Under the pieces are notes generated by a model. That model did not search any database and was not told the origin of the DNA. It saw nothing but the letters and a program-made list of their open reading frames with translations. 64,000 nt of DNA, taken from assembly GCA_965657355.1 (NCBI GenBank), contig CBFHOE010000007.1:192001-256000 (forward strand). The letters run 5' to 3'. Shown here in pieces: positions 19,204 through 28,821 of the stretch. This DNA comes from Limisphaerales bacterium. GTDB lineage: Bacteria > Verrucomicrobiota > Verrucomicrobiia > Limisphaerales > JAJOIW01. Numbering within the stretch: the stretch's first letter is position 1; each line of letters opens with the position of its first letter. Both the position numbers and the translations under genes were made by a program.

Positions 19204-20994
19204 TTACTCGGTAGTTGTTGAATTTTGGTCTATGCCGGCAACTATTTCGAGAATATTTTCTTTTAATAAATCGGATGGCTGTATCAAAGCGACCTCAACA
19301 AGTGACATTCGAGCAAAGTTTATACCTGTGATATATTGTGCCAATGGTTCCCCATTTCCCCTTGCTTCCCGCAAGGCTGTTTGTAGCGGAGATTGTGGAA
19401 TGGTCTCGCCCTTTACATCAGAAAAAGATTTGAATACCCCCTTGATGTAGTCCTCAAATTGTATCTCCGAAATTTTTAACAGGATCGGGCGGTTCATTGG
19501 ATCGTCAATAACTCCCGTATTAGAGGTCTTCCATGGATACCATTTATCACCTTTGGTCATATCCCATGTCCTCTCACCGTAGAAAACCAGACTCGGTTCT
19601 CTGAAACCTACGGCAATAGGTTCAATCACTTTGGGGACTTCATCAATGAGAAGGCCAATCTTTCTAGATAAACCCCATTCTTTACTATGCCATCCAGCAT
19701 ACGTCATCGCACTAGCCAGAAATAATGAGGCAATAAAAATGTGTGTGATACTTTTTCCGCGTCTACCAAGTCTCCATATAAATGCTAGACTTACTAAGGT
19801 TACTCCAATAGCGATTAGATAACCGGAGAATAAAAACTTCCCTTCGGTGACAAAAGGCAACGCTGGGTCACCTTGTATACCAAAAATTAAGAACCCGCCG
19901 AAAAAAACAGAAATAAAACCTATGATAATGAAAAACCAATCATATAAATTTTGAAAAAACTGCCACTTTTGTTTTCCGTCCCCACTGAACCCAAGAATCA
20001 TTAATGCTGGAAAAGCTGGCAATGTGTAGTGAATGAGCTGAGTAGCATAGAAAGAAAAAACTAAAAATGGGCCCATAGTCCAGCTCAGTAAAAAAGCGTC
20101 CATTTCATTTCTTCTTTTAAGGGAACTCCAAAGCCCAAACAAAATGAATGGAGCTAATGGAAATAGGCTTATTAGCGAAGTTGGAATGTAAAATCCAGGA
20201 ACAATAATTCGTTCATTGAAAGATTTAAACCCGCGATCGATCACATGCGTCCCCATTCCTTTATCCCAGTAAGCTCCGTCAGTCATTATTAATGCAGGGA
20301 TACCCCAAGCGGCTATTATGGCTAAAGTGATAAAAAAGCCCGGAAAAACCTGTAATACTTTGTAATTGAATTTTTTCCGAAATAGAAACCTGTAAAATAA
20401 GAGTGTCATTATTGGAAAAATGATTGCTATGGGTCCTTTGGCCAGAAATCCAAAGCCCATCGAAGCATACAAAATCCAAAATAATTTATCGTACCGAACC
20501 TTATTATTTAGATCCAATTTTCTCCATATTGCCCAATGGGTCACCACGAGCATCAAAATCATGGGCATATCGGCAAGCGCTAATCGGCCCTGCATCAGAT
20601 TTTGCAAGCAGATGGACCACCCGAATACCGCGCCTATCCCGACCGCTAGTCCAAAGGATTTTTCTGCCCAAAGGAATATGATGATTCCAACAAAAACACT
20701 GCTAATAACCGAGTGAAGCCGAGCCCCGAACTCGTTTTGCCCAAATATGAAGTAATTAACAGCCATCCACCAGTATGTCAGTGGAGGTTTGTCGAACCTA
20801 TATTCACCATTGAAATACGGAACAATGGGGTCTGCTTTTTCCATCATTTCGACTGTTGCTCTGGAAAACCTAGGTTCGTCTCGGTCGAGGAGCGGGAGTT
20901 CAATAATACCTGGAACCAAAATCCAAAGCATCCATAAGATTATGAACAGAATAATTTTCCGCCTGGGTAGTTCTTGTAATTTTTCTAGATTCAT
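19204..20994 (-). CDS. ArnT/PMT-family (GT83-like) membrane glycosyltransferase
   Basis: DRDEPRF, FDKPPL, LAKGP, HYTLP; many TM helices. Confidence 0.88.
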   Translation of the reverse strand: MNLEKLQELPRRKIILFIILWMLWILVPGIIELPLLDRDEPRFSRATVEMMEKADPIVPYFNGEYRFDKPPLTYWWMAVNYFIFGQNEFGARLHSVISSVFVGIIIFLWAEKSFGLAVGIGAVFGWSICLQNLMQGRLALADMPMILMLVVTHWAIWRKLDLNNKVRYDKLFWILYASMGFGFLAKGPIAIIFPIMTLLFYRFLFRKKFNYKVLQVFPGFFITLAIIAAWGIPALIMTDGAYWDKGMGTHVIDRGFKSFNERIIVPGFYIPTSLISLFPLAPFILFGLWSSLKRRNEMDAFLLSWTMGPFLVFSFYATQLIHYTLPAFPALMILGFSGDGKQKWQFFQNLYDWFFIIIGFISVFFGGFLIFGIQGDPALPFVTEGKFLFSGYLIAIGVTLVSLAFIWRLGRRGKSITHIFIASLFLASAMTYAGWHSKEWGLSRKIGLLIDEVPKVIEPIAVGFREPSLVFYGERTWDMTKGDKWYPWKTSNTGVIDDPMNRPILLKISEIQFEDYIKGVFKSFSDVKGETIPQSPLQTALREARGNGEPLAQYITGINFARMSLVEVALIQPSDLLKENILEIVAGIDQNSTTTE

Positions 20995-21149
20995 TCAGTT
21001 AGAAGGTTGAAAGAATACTCAATGATTCAGACATTTCCAGCTCGGAAATATTGCGAAATATGCTCATAGCTGAGTGTTTTGAAACGAAGTATTTAATGTA
21101 TAATTTATTTCTTTCACCGTATTCATTTTGGAATTAATGTTTGACCACC

Positions 21150-22277
21150 ATGAATCGTTTATTTCTGATTTTATTTTTAATCATTAACTTCACGCTTTTT
21201 TACAACGTCCCGCGAAGCAATGCGCAAAACAAAGTTGATCGCCTCATACTCATATCTTTGGACGGTGTTAGAACTCAGGAATTATTCCAAGGATTGGATG
21301 TCGATCTTTTGATGAAAAAGAATCAAGGTAAAAAAAAGGAAGATCTTCCACTTTATCAAAAATATTTTGGAAATAAGCCAAAGGAAAGCAGGGAAAAACT
21401 AATGCCTTTTTTCTGGAAGGAATGGATACCTAATCATGGGGTTGTTATTGGAAACCGCCATTCTGATTCAAATAACACCATGAAACTTCTTAACCGCCGA
21501 AGATTCTCTTTTCCTGGGTATAATGAAATACTGTCAGGAACGGCCGATGACAAAAGAATCAATAGTAATAGTAAAATTCAAAACCCGAATTCTACAGTAC
21601 TCGATTTTTTGAAAACCAAATGGAATCTTACAGAAAACCAAATTGCCTGTTTTGCTTCGTGGGATGTTTTCCCTTATATCGTCTCATCCGAATTTGGCTC
21701 TATTTATACCAATGCAGGATTTGCAGATTATCCATTTGGGACAAGCGAAAAGATCAAAACGCTCAATGCGGCACAGTTTGAGCAACCCACTCCTTGGGAT
21801 TCTGTTAGACACGATTACACGACCTTTAGCTTTGCCTTGGATTTTATGAAAAGGAACAAGCCAAAAGTAATGTATCTGAGTTTAGGCGAAACTGACGACT
21901 GGGCCCATAATGATAGATATGATCGCGTTTTAGAGACGCTGAATAGAACCGACAATTATTTCAAAGTTCTTTGGAATTATTTACAAAGCGAAGAATTTTA
22001 TAAAGATAGAACAGGTGTTATAATTTGTACGGATCACGGTAGAGGTGATAATATTTTCAACTGGATGTCGCATAATGATAAACTACCTGGTGCAGAATAT
22101 GTCTGGATGGCAGTTATTAGTCCTAATGTAGAACAAAGAGGTGAATGGCGACCCTCAAACTCAAACACTATTTCCCAGAGTCAAATAGCATCCACTCTCT
22201 GTGCACTGGCAGGGTTGAACTACCTTGAATTCAAACCCAAAGCAGGAGAACCAATTTCTGAAATCATAAAAAATTGA
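21150..22277 (+). CDS. Secreted alkaline-phosphatase-superfamily protein
   Basis: LISLDGVR, SFPGYNE, GETDDWAH, TDHGRG; signal peptide. Confidence 0.85.
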   Translation: MNRLFLILFLIINFTLFYNVPRSNAQNKVDRLILISLDGVRTQELFQGLDVDLLMKKNQGKKKEDLPLYQKYFGNKPKESREKLMPFFWKEWIPNHGVVIGNRHSDSNNTMKLLNRRRFSFPGYNEILSGTADDKRINSNSKIQNPNSTVLDFLKTKWNLTENQIACFASWDVFPYIVSSEFGSIYTNAGFADYPFGTSEKIKTLNAAQFEQPTPWDSVRHDYTTFSFALDFMKRNKPKVMYLSLGETDDWAHNDRYDRVLETLNRTDNYFKVLWNYLQSEEFYKDRTGVIICTDHGRGDNIFNWMSHNDKLPGAEYVWMAVISPNVEQRGEWRPSNSNTISQSQIASTLCALAGLNYLEFKPKAGEPISEIIKN

Positions 22278-22290
22278 GTCACATACACTT

Positions 22291-25200
22291 CTACTGAATT
22301 TTACGAATACGGAAGAAGTGTGAGTCGGATTTAGGTGAGAATAGAAAAAATAGTTCTCCTGGAATTTCCTCAGCTTCTTTTCTTGCAGATTCGACCCACT
22401 CTGTTTCTTGACCGAGCAGTGTATATGATTCCTCGAGGACGTAAAAGTGACCTGGTTGAGAGTTAAATCGAATGGCTAACACTCCAGCCCCTTGACTGGA
22501 ATACTGAATTTTTAAAATGAGTCTCTCGTTTTCGATATAGGGATTAGAATTATCGTTGAATTCCTGAAGATTTAAAATCCCATCATCGTCATAATCCAAT
22601 AAAGCATCCAAAGGATTCCACGGATTAAGATCGAACTCATTTTCCCAGTAGTCAGGCATTCCATCTTTGTCGGAGTCACCATGAGATATTGATAAGGTAT
22701 TTGAAAAACCTGGTGTGGCGATCAATTCTCTTATCGTATCGTCTCCATCGGGGTAACGCCCGAAAACAACTTCATTTTGCGTCGGGAGAACAACAACCTC
22801 ATCCATAAGTTTTTCAGATGAAGAATAAAGTCGCAAAAGTTCACCATCGCCATCTATCTGGAAATCGAGACTCCAAGGCACTTTGCTGTTAGATCGGTCC
22901 GTGAAAAAACGAGCCCATCCATTGGCTGCTACAAAACTCCCTTGAGGAAATCGCTTGAATGAGTCTTGGTAAATATGTGGCGTGTCCGAAATAAGGGTAC
23001 GCGTTAAATCAGCCGGTTTGTTTGAACCGTTATATATTTCAACCCAATCTTTTTGATGTTGATGGCTAGCTCGCCACTCGTTAATCATAATATTAGAAGA
23101 CGAAACGTGCATTGTACTGGAATTAGTTTCCCCTGGTGTTGGCTCTTCCAACAGTTTATAGACCTGCCCGGGTTCAACAGATTTACCTATGATTTGGCTT
23201 CCATAGAGAATGGAATCCACGATGTTACCTTCAGGATTAATCAACTGAAAATATCCTCCCTCATGAGACATCATCAGGCCCGAATTTAAAAAACCCAAAT
23301 CTATTAGCCCGGTAGATTCAGTCGGGTCCATACCTATGAGAAGGAATTCACCAGATTGGATTGAAGATTCCTCAGGGAAAACCCATTCAAGCTCATTATG
23401 TGGATCTAAAATCCTATAGTCTTTTAGATCCAAATCCTCTGAATCTGAATTGTAGATTTCTATCCAAGAATTAAAGGGGTGATTTGTATGGGCTTCTTGC
23501 CAAGCCATGAATTCAGAAATTTTCAAGGTCTCATTAGCTGCGTCCGCATTGGAATACCCTCGCGTAAATTTATTGCCAAAAGTTTTTCGGCTATTAGATC
23601 CGTCTGGAAGATAGCCAAAAGAATAGTCTTCTCTAGTTGAAGAAATTCGGAAGTCATCGATTCTTTCTCCGTTACGGGTTTCTAGAAAAATTCGATCGCC
23701 TCTTTGAAGAAGCGGAGAAGGCAATTCACCAAAGCCGAATTCTTGTTCAAATTCGAAAACAAGAAACTCGTTTATCCCGAGAAAAGATGGTCTACGAACC
23801 TGGTGAGCCCAATTATTTCCGCGAAAAATAAGCCCAGTCAACTCAATCGGAGTGGGACTTTCCACCTGGGTCACCTCGACCCAAGGTTTATTCGTCCCAC
23901 TCGGAAAAATAAGCCACTCATTAAATCTGATGTCTTTAGGGTCCCCGAGCTCAACTCCCCTGTTTTCTTTTTGAACAGTAGGGATACCGAGACGAAAACC
24001 CGATCCAAACCTAGACAGCGAAAACCCGCTGGGCATAAAACCAAATTCAATACCATCCTCCCTATTACCGTCGGGATTATACAAGTAAAGAGACTCACCA
24101 TCCCGATTTAAGGAAAAAGGTGCCATCAGCTTGCTGGTGGATTCAGGTATCACCCCCCCTAGACCGACTGCAATAAATTGGCCGGGATTTATTTCCACAC
24201 CATCAGGAAATATCCATTTATCATTTTCCAAAGGGTCATCACTCAATCCCCATCCAGAAAGGCTCACTATTTCTGATGAATTATTTACAAGTTCTACCCA
24301 ATCAGCTGATCCTTCCCCATCATTCTCACCGTTCTGTTTAGGGAAAGGAACTATTTCGTTAATAAGAACAGAGCCTTGTCCTAATGTGGGCCTAAACTCT
24401 CCCGGTGAGCCACCAATAGAATTCGACGCAGACCACCAAGAAGCAGCGTTAGGCGGCGCTGATGAGCTTATCAATTCAATAGAGTAGCCACCTCCATCAG
24501 CCTGAACCGGCCACGCTCCTTGATCATTATATTTGATCTCATCGACCAAATTGCCGTTTGAATCAAAGAGGCGAAGTGTTTCTCCTTTATTACTTAAGGA
24601 CCCTTCGAATTCGCCTGAAATATTTGTTGATGGATACAGTTCTTTAAACACTTTTTGTTTTCCAGACGCAATGAGAACTATGGAATCGCCGGGTCCAATC
24701 TTGGTATCATTTGGGAAGGTGAAACCCGCACCTTGAAGCTTCCATTGCCCAATATCTATTTGCTGGTTTCCAAAATTGGTAATCTCAACCCATTCCGGAT
24801 TTGTATCAACCACTGGATGGTACATAATTTCCGAAATCCGAATTTTGTATAAATTATCTACAACTTGGTATTGATATTCTGATAAAGGGGACCATTTACC
24901 ATCTTCTTTGGCTCTTGCCTTCACTACAGATGTTTCAAATATTTTTATTGGACCAGAATAAATCTCCGATGAAGGATTAACCTCCCCAAAGCCAGCAAAA
25001 TCCGTTGTTAAAATTAATCTAGGAGAGAAAAGAAGGTCAGAGCTTGTTTTACTTATGTTGGCGACTTGAGCGGTTAACAAATTCTGCCCTGGAACTAATA
25101 GTGATTTAAACTCAGAAATATCAAATGGACTAAAGGCAACAGCGCGACTGTCAGAATTTGAAAATGAAGCAGATGAATCCCATGTCAGTTCTTCATCCAT

Positions 25201-28200
25201 ACCAGCCGAGCAAACCTTTACCCCATTAATAAACGCTGTAAACCCGTCCTCGAATCGAGCCTCTAAAACAAGCCTTTCAAAGCCATCGGTTTCAAATGGA
25301 TCGTATTCAAAAGGGATCCGAACATAAAAACTTGTGTACTTGTTTCGCATCAAGGTCTCGAGATCTGTTTGGATGTAGGAATCGTATGTCGTCTGACTAT
25401 CGTAACCTATACCGCCGGCACCACTAATCCAGTTACTATCATCAAATGGTTCATCACCGCCCCTCCATTTTCTGGGATTATTATTCTCACTGGGTACGAA
25501 AATTTTCTTCCTTTCTTTTTCTGCTAGTAATTCTATGAACTTTGCATTGTCCAAGGGCGAAACTCGCGGATCGGACCCGTCGGTTGTGTAAAATATTTGA
25601 GAAGAATTTTTCGCAGATAATTCAATGCTGTCTCCGCGGCTGATGATCCCACTCTGTTTGCTTGAGCGCGGGGCTTTCCCTGGATCGAAAAGCTTTGCGT
25701 TTTTTAGATGGGTTTCAACTATTCTTGGCCTTGCCGTCGCCCATTGAGAAGATACTTTAGTTTGCATATTATTAATGACAGGATTCATTAATTGGAACAT
25801 ATCCAAATATCTTTCTCTTACATGGCCTCTGGTTAATACCCCGTCACCGTATAGATGCTTTTGGACCCTATCCCCGAATCGAATTCGAAATTCCTCACTC
25901 TCCTTTAGCGACTGAAATATTGTAGTAATCTCGCTATCTCTTGCTAGCTCAGTAGTGATGGTATTGGTATTAAGTGATCTGTTTAAATTGCCGAAGGCCC
26001 ACTCGGCGTCCCAAACTAAAAACCTCCATTTGGCGCCTGGTATTCTCGGGCGTGCAGCACGCCAATTATTATGAGGCCAATCACCAGTTCCTGCGTAAAT
26101 ATTTAAGAAAAGATAATCAATGAAACTGTCGACATCTAGTTTTTCAGACAAATCAATGAAATTTTTAATTACGGTTTGATCTTTTCTTGCAGCAGAGAGA
26201 AGTCGATTCCACTCACGTCTATCGCCTTCCCGCGTTTCATTAAATTGCGCTATGACATCCCAATCCTGGTCCTCAGTTCCCGCGTAAGAATTTAAAAAAT
26301 CTTCATCAATTCTTTCTGTTGGATTATAGTAACCTTCGTAATTACCATTAATAAAGAGGTGAGCAAAAGTCCCGTGTGCCGCGACATAACCCATATCTGA
26401 GTGGAGCCTTCTTGCGAGTTCATCAACGACAAATGGATTGATGTAGTCATTCATCCCAGCACGCAAGGAAATGACGTCGAATTCATCTACTTGCGTATCA
26501 GGAAACAACTTATAATTAAGCTTTCCTGGACCATAGTCAGATCTGAAGTAAAGTCTGAAGGAGTATTTTCCAAACCGACCAGGGTCATTTGGATTGTAAC
26601 GAGACCGCACGTAATCTCCACCCTGTACTCGCAGGCCACAGTCAACTTGAAATGGATCTGATCCATCAGGAAATATCCATTCGACCGAGCAAGGCCTCTC
26701 CCACTCAATTCCCCTTTTATTAGTATTCCTCGGATTAGTTTCCATTATCCCAGTTTTTCCCCACAAATTATTTCTATCTGTGGTTATACTAATAACGGGT
26801 ATGTCCATGAAGGATCTACTGCTCTCTTTTATAAAAGTATGCGTCACTACATTTGAGGGTAACGCTCCATTCTTTATAACCAGTGCTCTAACAGTGACAG
26901 TCCTGCTTATGTTTATCGGAGTGGTATATACCTTTCCTCTGCGAGTTGTCGGCATGGAACCATCAGTCGTATACCTTATTCTAGTATCTGCCTCTGGTGA
27001 CCTTGAAGAACTCAAAACTAATTTGAATGGATCTTTAAAATAGCCTCTCTCAACTGAAAAGTGAGGTTCTTGAGAAATTTCTGATGTCACTGAAGTCGAA
27101 TTTCGGGATCCAGGAGTTGGGTTTGAAAAGTACCCCCATTGTTTCCCATCACGTGACAGCCCATAACTGTAATCTACCCTTTGGGATGGAAATTTTCCAT
27201 TTTCGCCAATCTGAGAAATTAATGGCCTAGGGGCCCCAGGACCATAAAGAGCTAGGTATTCACCGCGTATACCCAATTTAAAATTGGTATGGAGGGTTTC
27301 CCCTTTTCTATCAAGGCCAGAAGCAAAAACAACTAATCTGCCGTTGGGACGTATTTCGAGGCTGGGAAAAACCCATTTCCCTGGCTGTCGTTTATTATCC
27401 GAGATAGACCAGCCATCTATATTAATGACTGAATCCCCCGTATTCCAAAGCTCAATCCAATCTTGAGCTTGATTGTTCTCGTCCACCTCTCCATCCGGGT
27501 TGACGGCCTGAATTTCGGAGATGATGATAGATTCCGGTTCTATTGCTTCAACCAATTCCACCTTCCAAGTTTCTCCAGGAAACAGATTCGGTTTGATTGC
27601 TCTATCGAGTATTTCTGATTCTGATTTAATTTCGAGGATGTGATTTCCTGGTTCAATAGGGTTAATATAAAATTTGTATGGACCCGCAAATTCTCCTTCT
27701 ACTTCGATTGCGGGTTGACCATTTACTGTTAAATCTGAAGCATTTACCCCATGCACTGGTTCGGAGAAAACGACTTCAATAAATTCCATACTTGAAACCT
27801 GACTCCCGTCAGAAGGGTTTTTGGAAATTATAGTGGGAGGCGACGATTCAGACTTAACCTGAATATTTACTTTTTCTGTCATTACTTTTCCAAAAGGATT
27901 GGACACAACACAATAGAGCTCACTCCCATCCCATTCAGGTCTCGCTTCGAAAAAAGAGATCGTTGCTTCTTTAAAATCTTCCAGAGGATTGCCATTATAG
28001 AACCATTGGTAGCTCAAAGGGGCTGAACCGGTGACGACAACGCGCGCTTTGAAATTTTGATTCTCCTCAACAATGATGTTTTCTGGCTGTTGAATAACCG
28101 TGGGGCCTGTGACTTGACTAGGATCCGACCGTAAATATTCACCCTTGATCGGCCGCATGGAAGTGCCATCAGGCAAGTCCCAACCGACCGACAAATGGTC

Positions 28201-28713
28201 ACCGCCAGTCTCTTCTACCTGTATGGCCTCAATATAATAAGGACGCCCAGCCTCTAAATAGAAGGGATCAGATTTTTGAGATCGAGACCTGTTCCACTGG
28301 CGAAAGTTTGTCCAAATAGAAACAGAGGCAATCTTTTCAACAGAGGAAGGAGACGCATTTGGACTCAACCAAAGTTCTCCAAAATTATCTGCGCTTATCC
28401 AAAAAGTGTAGTCACCCGATTGAGGAGGGACTATGTATCCGGAGACCTTAGCCCCGTATTTGTCGCCCGAATTTTGAGGCACCTCAAAAAGCGTTAATAA
28501 CTCCGTTCTCGTTGGAGAAGAAGGATATCTTATATCAGATTTTAATGCAGAGATTTTTCCATTTGAAATTCCTTCCCAAAATTCTCCCAAAATAGATTGA
28601 GCACCAGATATTTGGGCAAAATTTAAAACCGAAAAAAATAGTAACACCAAAAAAAATCTTTTCGAATTTCTGCACCGTTCTTCGGGAAACGAATTTAAAG
28701 CACCAAATACCAT
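22291..28713 (-). CDS. Giant secreted protein: PA14, Ig-like, lamin-tail domains, CotH kinase, Fn3-associated/chitobiase-like repeats and Ca-binding repeats
   Basis: PA14 (GDYTFWISADN, GGDHLSVGW), repeated ISE/INE...DWIEL lamin-tail motifs, two YTTDGS motifs, CotH DWPHNNW and WDAEW, DSDKDGMPDYWE, C-terminal HFFRIR. Confidence 0.85.
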   Translation of the reverse strand: MVFGALNSFPEERCRNSKRFFLVLLFFSVLNFAQISGAQSILGEFWEGISNGKISALKSDIRYPSSPTRTELLTLFEVPQNSGDKYGAKVSGYIVPPQSGDYTFWISADNFGELWLSPNASPSSVEKIASVSIWTNFRQWNRSRSQKSDPFYLEAGRPYYIEAIQVEETGGDHLSVGWDLPDGTSMRPIKGEYLRSDPSQVTGPTVIQQPENIIVEENQNFKARVVVTGSAPLSYQWFYNGNPLEDFKEATISFFEARPEWDGSELYCVVSNPFGKVMTEKVNIQVKSESSPPTIISKNPSDGSQVSSMEFIEVVFSEPVHGVNASDLTVNGQPAIEVEGEFAGPYKFYINPIEPGNHILEIKSESEILDRAIKPNLFPGETWKVELVEAIEPESIIISEIQAVNPDGEVDENNQAQDWIELWNTGDSVINIDGWSISDNKRQPGKWVFPSLEIRPNGRLVVFASGLDRKGETLHTNFKLGIRGEYLALYGPGAPRPLISQIGENGKFPSQRVDYSYGLSRDGKQWGYFSNPTPGSRNSTSVTSEISQEPHFSVERGYFKDPFKLVLSSSRSPEADTRIRYTTDGSMPTTRRGKVYTTPINISRTVTVRALVIKNGALPSNVVTHTFIKESSRSFMDIPVISITTDRNNLWGKTGIMETNPRNTNKRGIEWERPCSVEWIFPDGSDPFQVDCGLRVQGGDYVRSRYNPNDPGRFGKYSFRLYFRSDYGPGKLNYKLFPDTQVDEFDVISLRAGMNDYINPFVVDELARRLHSDMGYVAAHGTFAHLFINGNYEGYYNPTERIDEDFLNSYAGTEDQDWDVIAQFNETREGDRREWNRLLSAARKDQTVIKNFIDLSEKLDVDSFIDYLFLNIYAGTGDWPHNNWRAARPRIPGAKWRFLVWDAEWAFGNLNRSLNTNTITTELARDSEITTIFQSLKESEEFRIRFGDRVQKHLYGDGVLTRGHVRERYLDMFQLMNPVINNMQTKVSSQWATARPRIVETHLKNAKLFDPGKAPRSSKQSGIISRGDSIELSAKNSSQIFYTTDGSDPRVSPLDNAKFIELLAEKERKKIFVPSENNNPRKWRGGDEPFDDSNWISGAGGIGYDSQTTYDSYIQTDLETLMRNKYTSFYVRIPFEYDPFETDGFERLVLEARFEDGFTAFINGVKVCSAGMDEELTWDSSASFSNSDSRAVAFSPFDISEFKSLLVPGQNLLTAQVANISKTSSDLLFSPRLILTTDFAGFGEVNPSSEIYSGPIKIFETSVVKARAKEDGKWSPLSEYQYQVVDNLYKIRISEIMYHPVVDTNPEWVEITNFGNQQIDIGQWKLQGAGFTFPNDTKIGPGDSIVLIASGKQKVFKELYPSTNISGEFEGSLSNKGETLRLFDSNGNLVDEIKYNDQGAWPVQADGGGYSIELISSSAPPNAASWWSASNSIGGSPGEFRPTLGQGSVLINEIVPFPKQNGENDGEGSADWVELVNNSSEIVSLSGWGLSDDPLENDKWIFPDGVEINPGQFIAVGLGGVIPESTSKLMAPFSLNRDGESLYLYNPDGNREDGIEFGFMPSGFSLSRFGSGFRLGIPTVQKENRGVELGDPKDIRFNEWLIFPSGTNKPWVEVTQVESPTPIELTGLIFRGNNWAHQVRRPSFLGINEFLVFEFEQEFGFGELPSPLLQRGDRIFLETRNGERIDDFRISSTREDYSFGYLPDGSNSRKTFGNKFTRGYSNADAANETLKISEFMAWQEAHTNHPFNSWIEIYNSDSEDLDLKDYRILDPHNELEWVFPEESSIQSGEFLLIGMDPTESTGLIDLGFLNSGLMMSHEGGYFQLINPEGNIVDSILYGSQIIGKSVEPGQVYKLLEEPTPGETNSSTMHVSSSNIMINEWRASHQHQKDWVEIYNGSNKPADLTRTLISDTPHIYQDSFKRFPQGSFVAANGWARFFTDRSNSKVPWSLDFQIDGDGELLRLYSSSEKLMDEVVVLPTQNEVVFGRYPDGDDTIRELIATPGFSNTLSISHGDSDKDGMPDYWENEFDLNPWNPLDALLDYDDDGILNLQEFNDNSNPYIENERLILKIQYSSQGAGVLAIRFNSQPGHFYVLEESYTLLGQETEWVESARKEAEEIPGELFFLFSPKSDSHFFRIRKIQ

Positions 28714-28821
28714 AATAATAGCTTACACCATCGAGGCTAAATCTGCCAAAACTAGTCACCAAGAAAAAAAGTAAGATAAACGCCGCTCTCGCTATGATCG
28801 TTTCCTTGCAATTATGTACCG

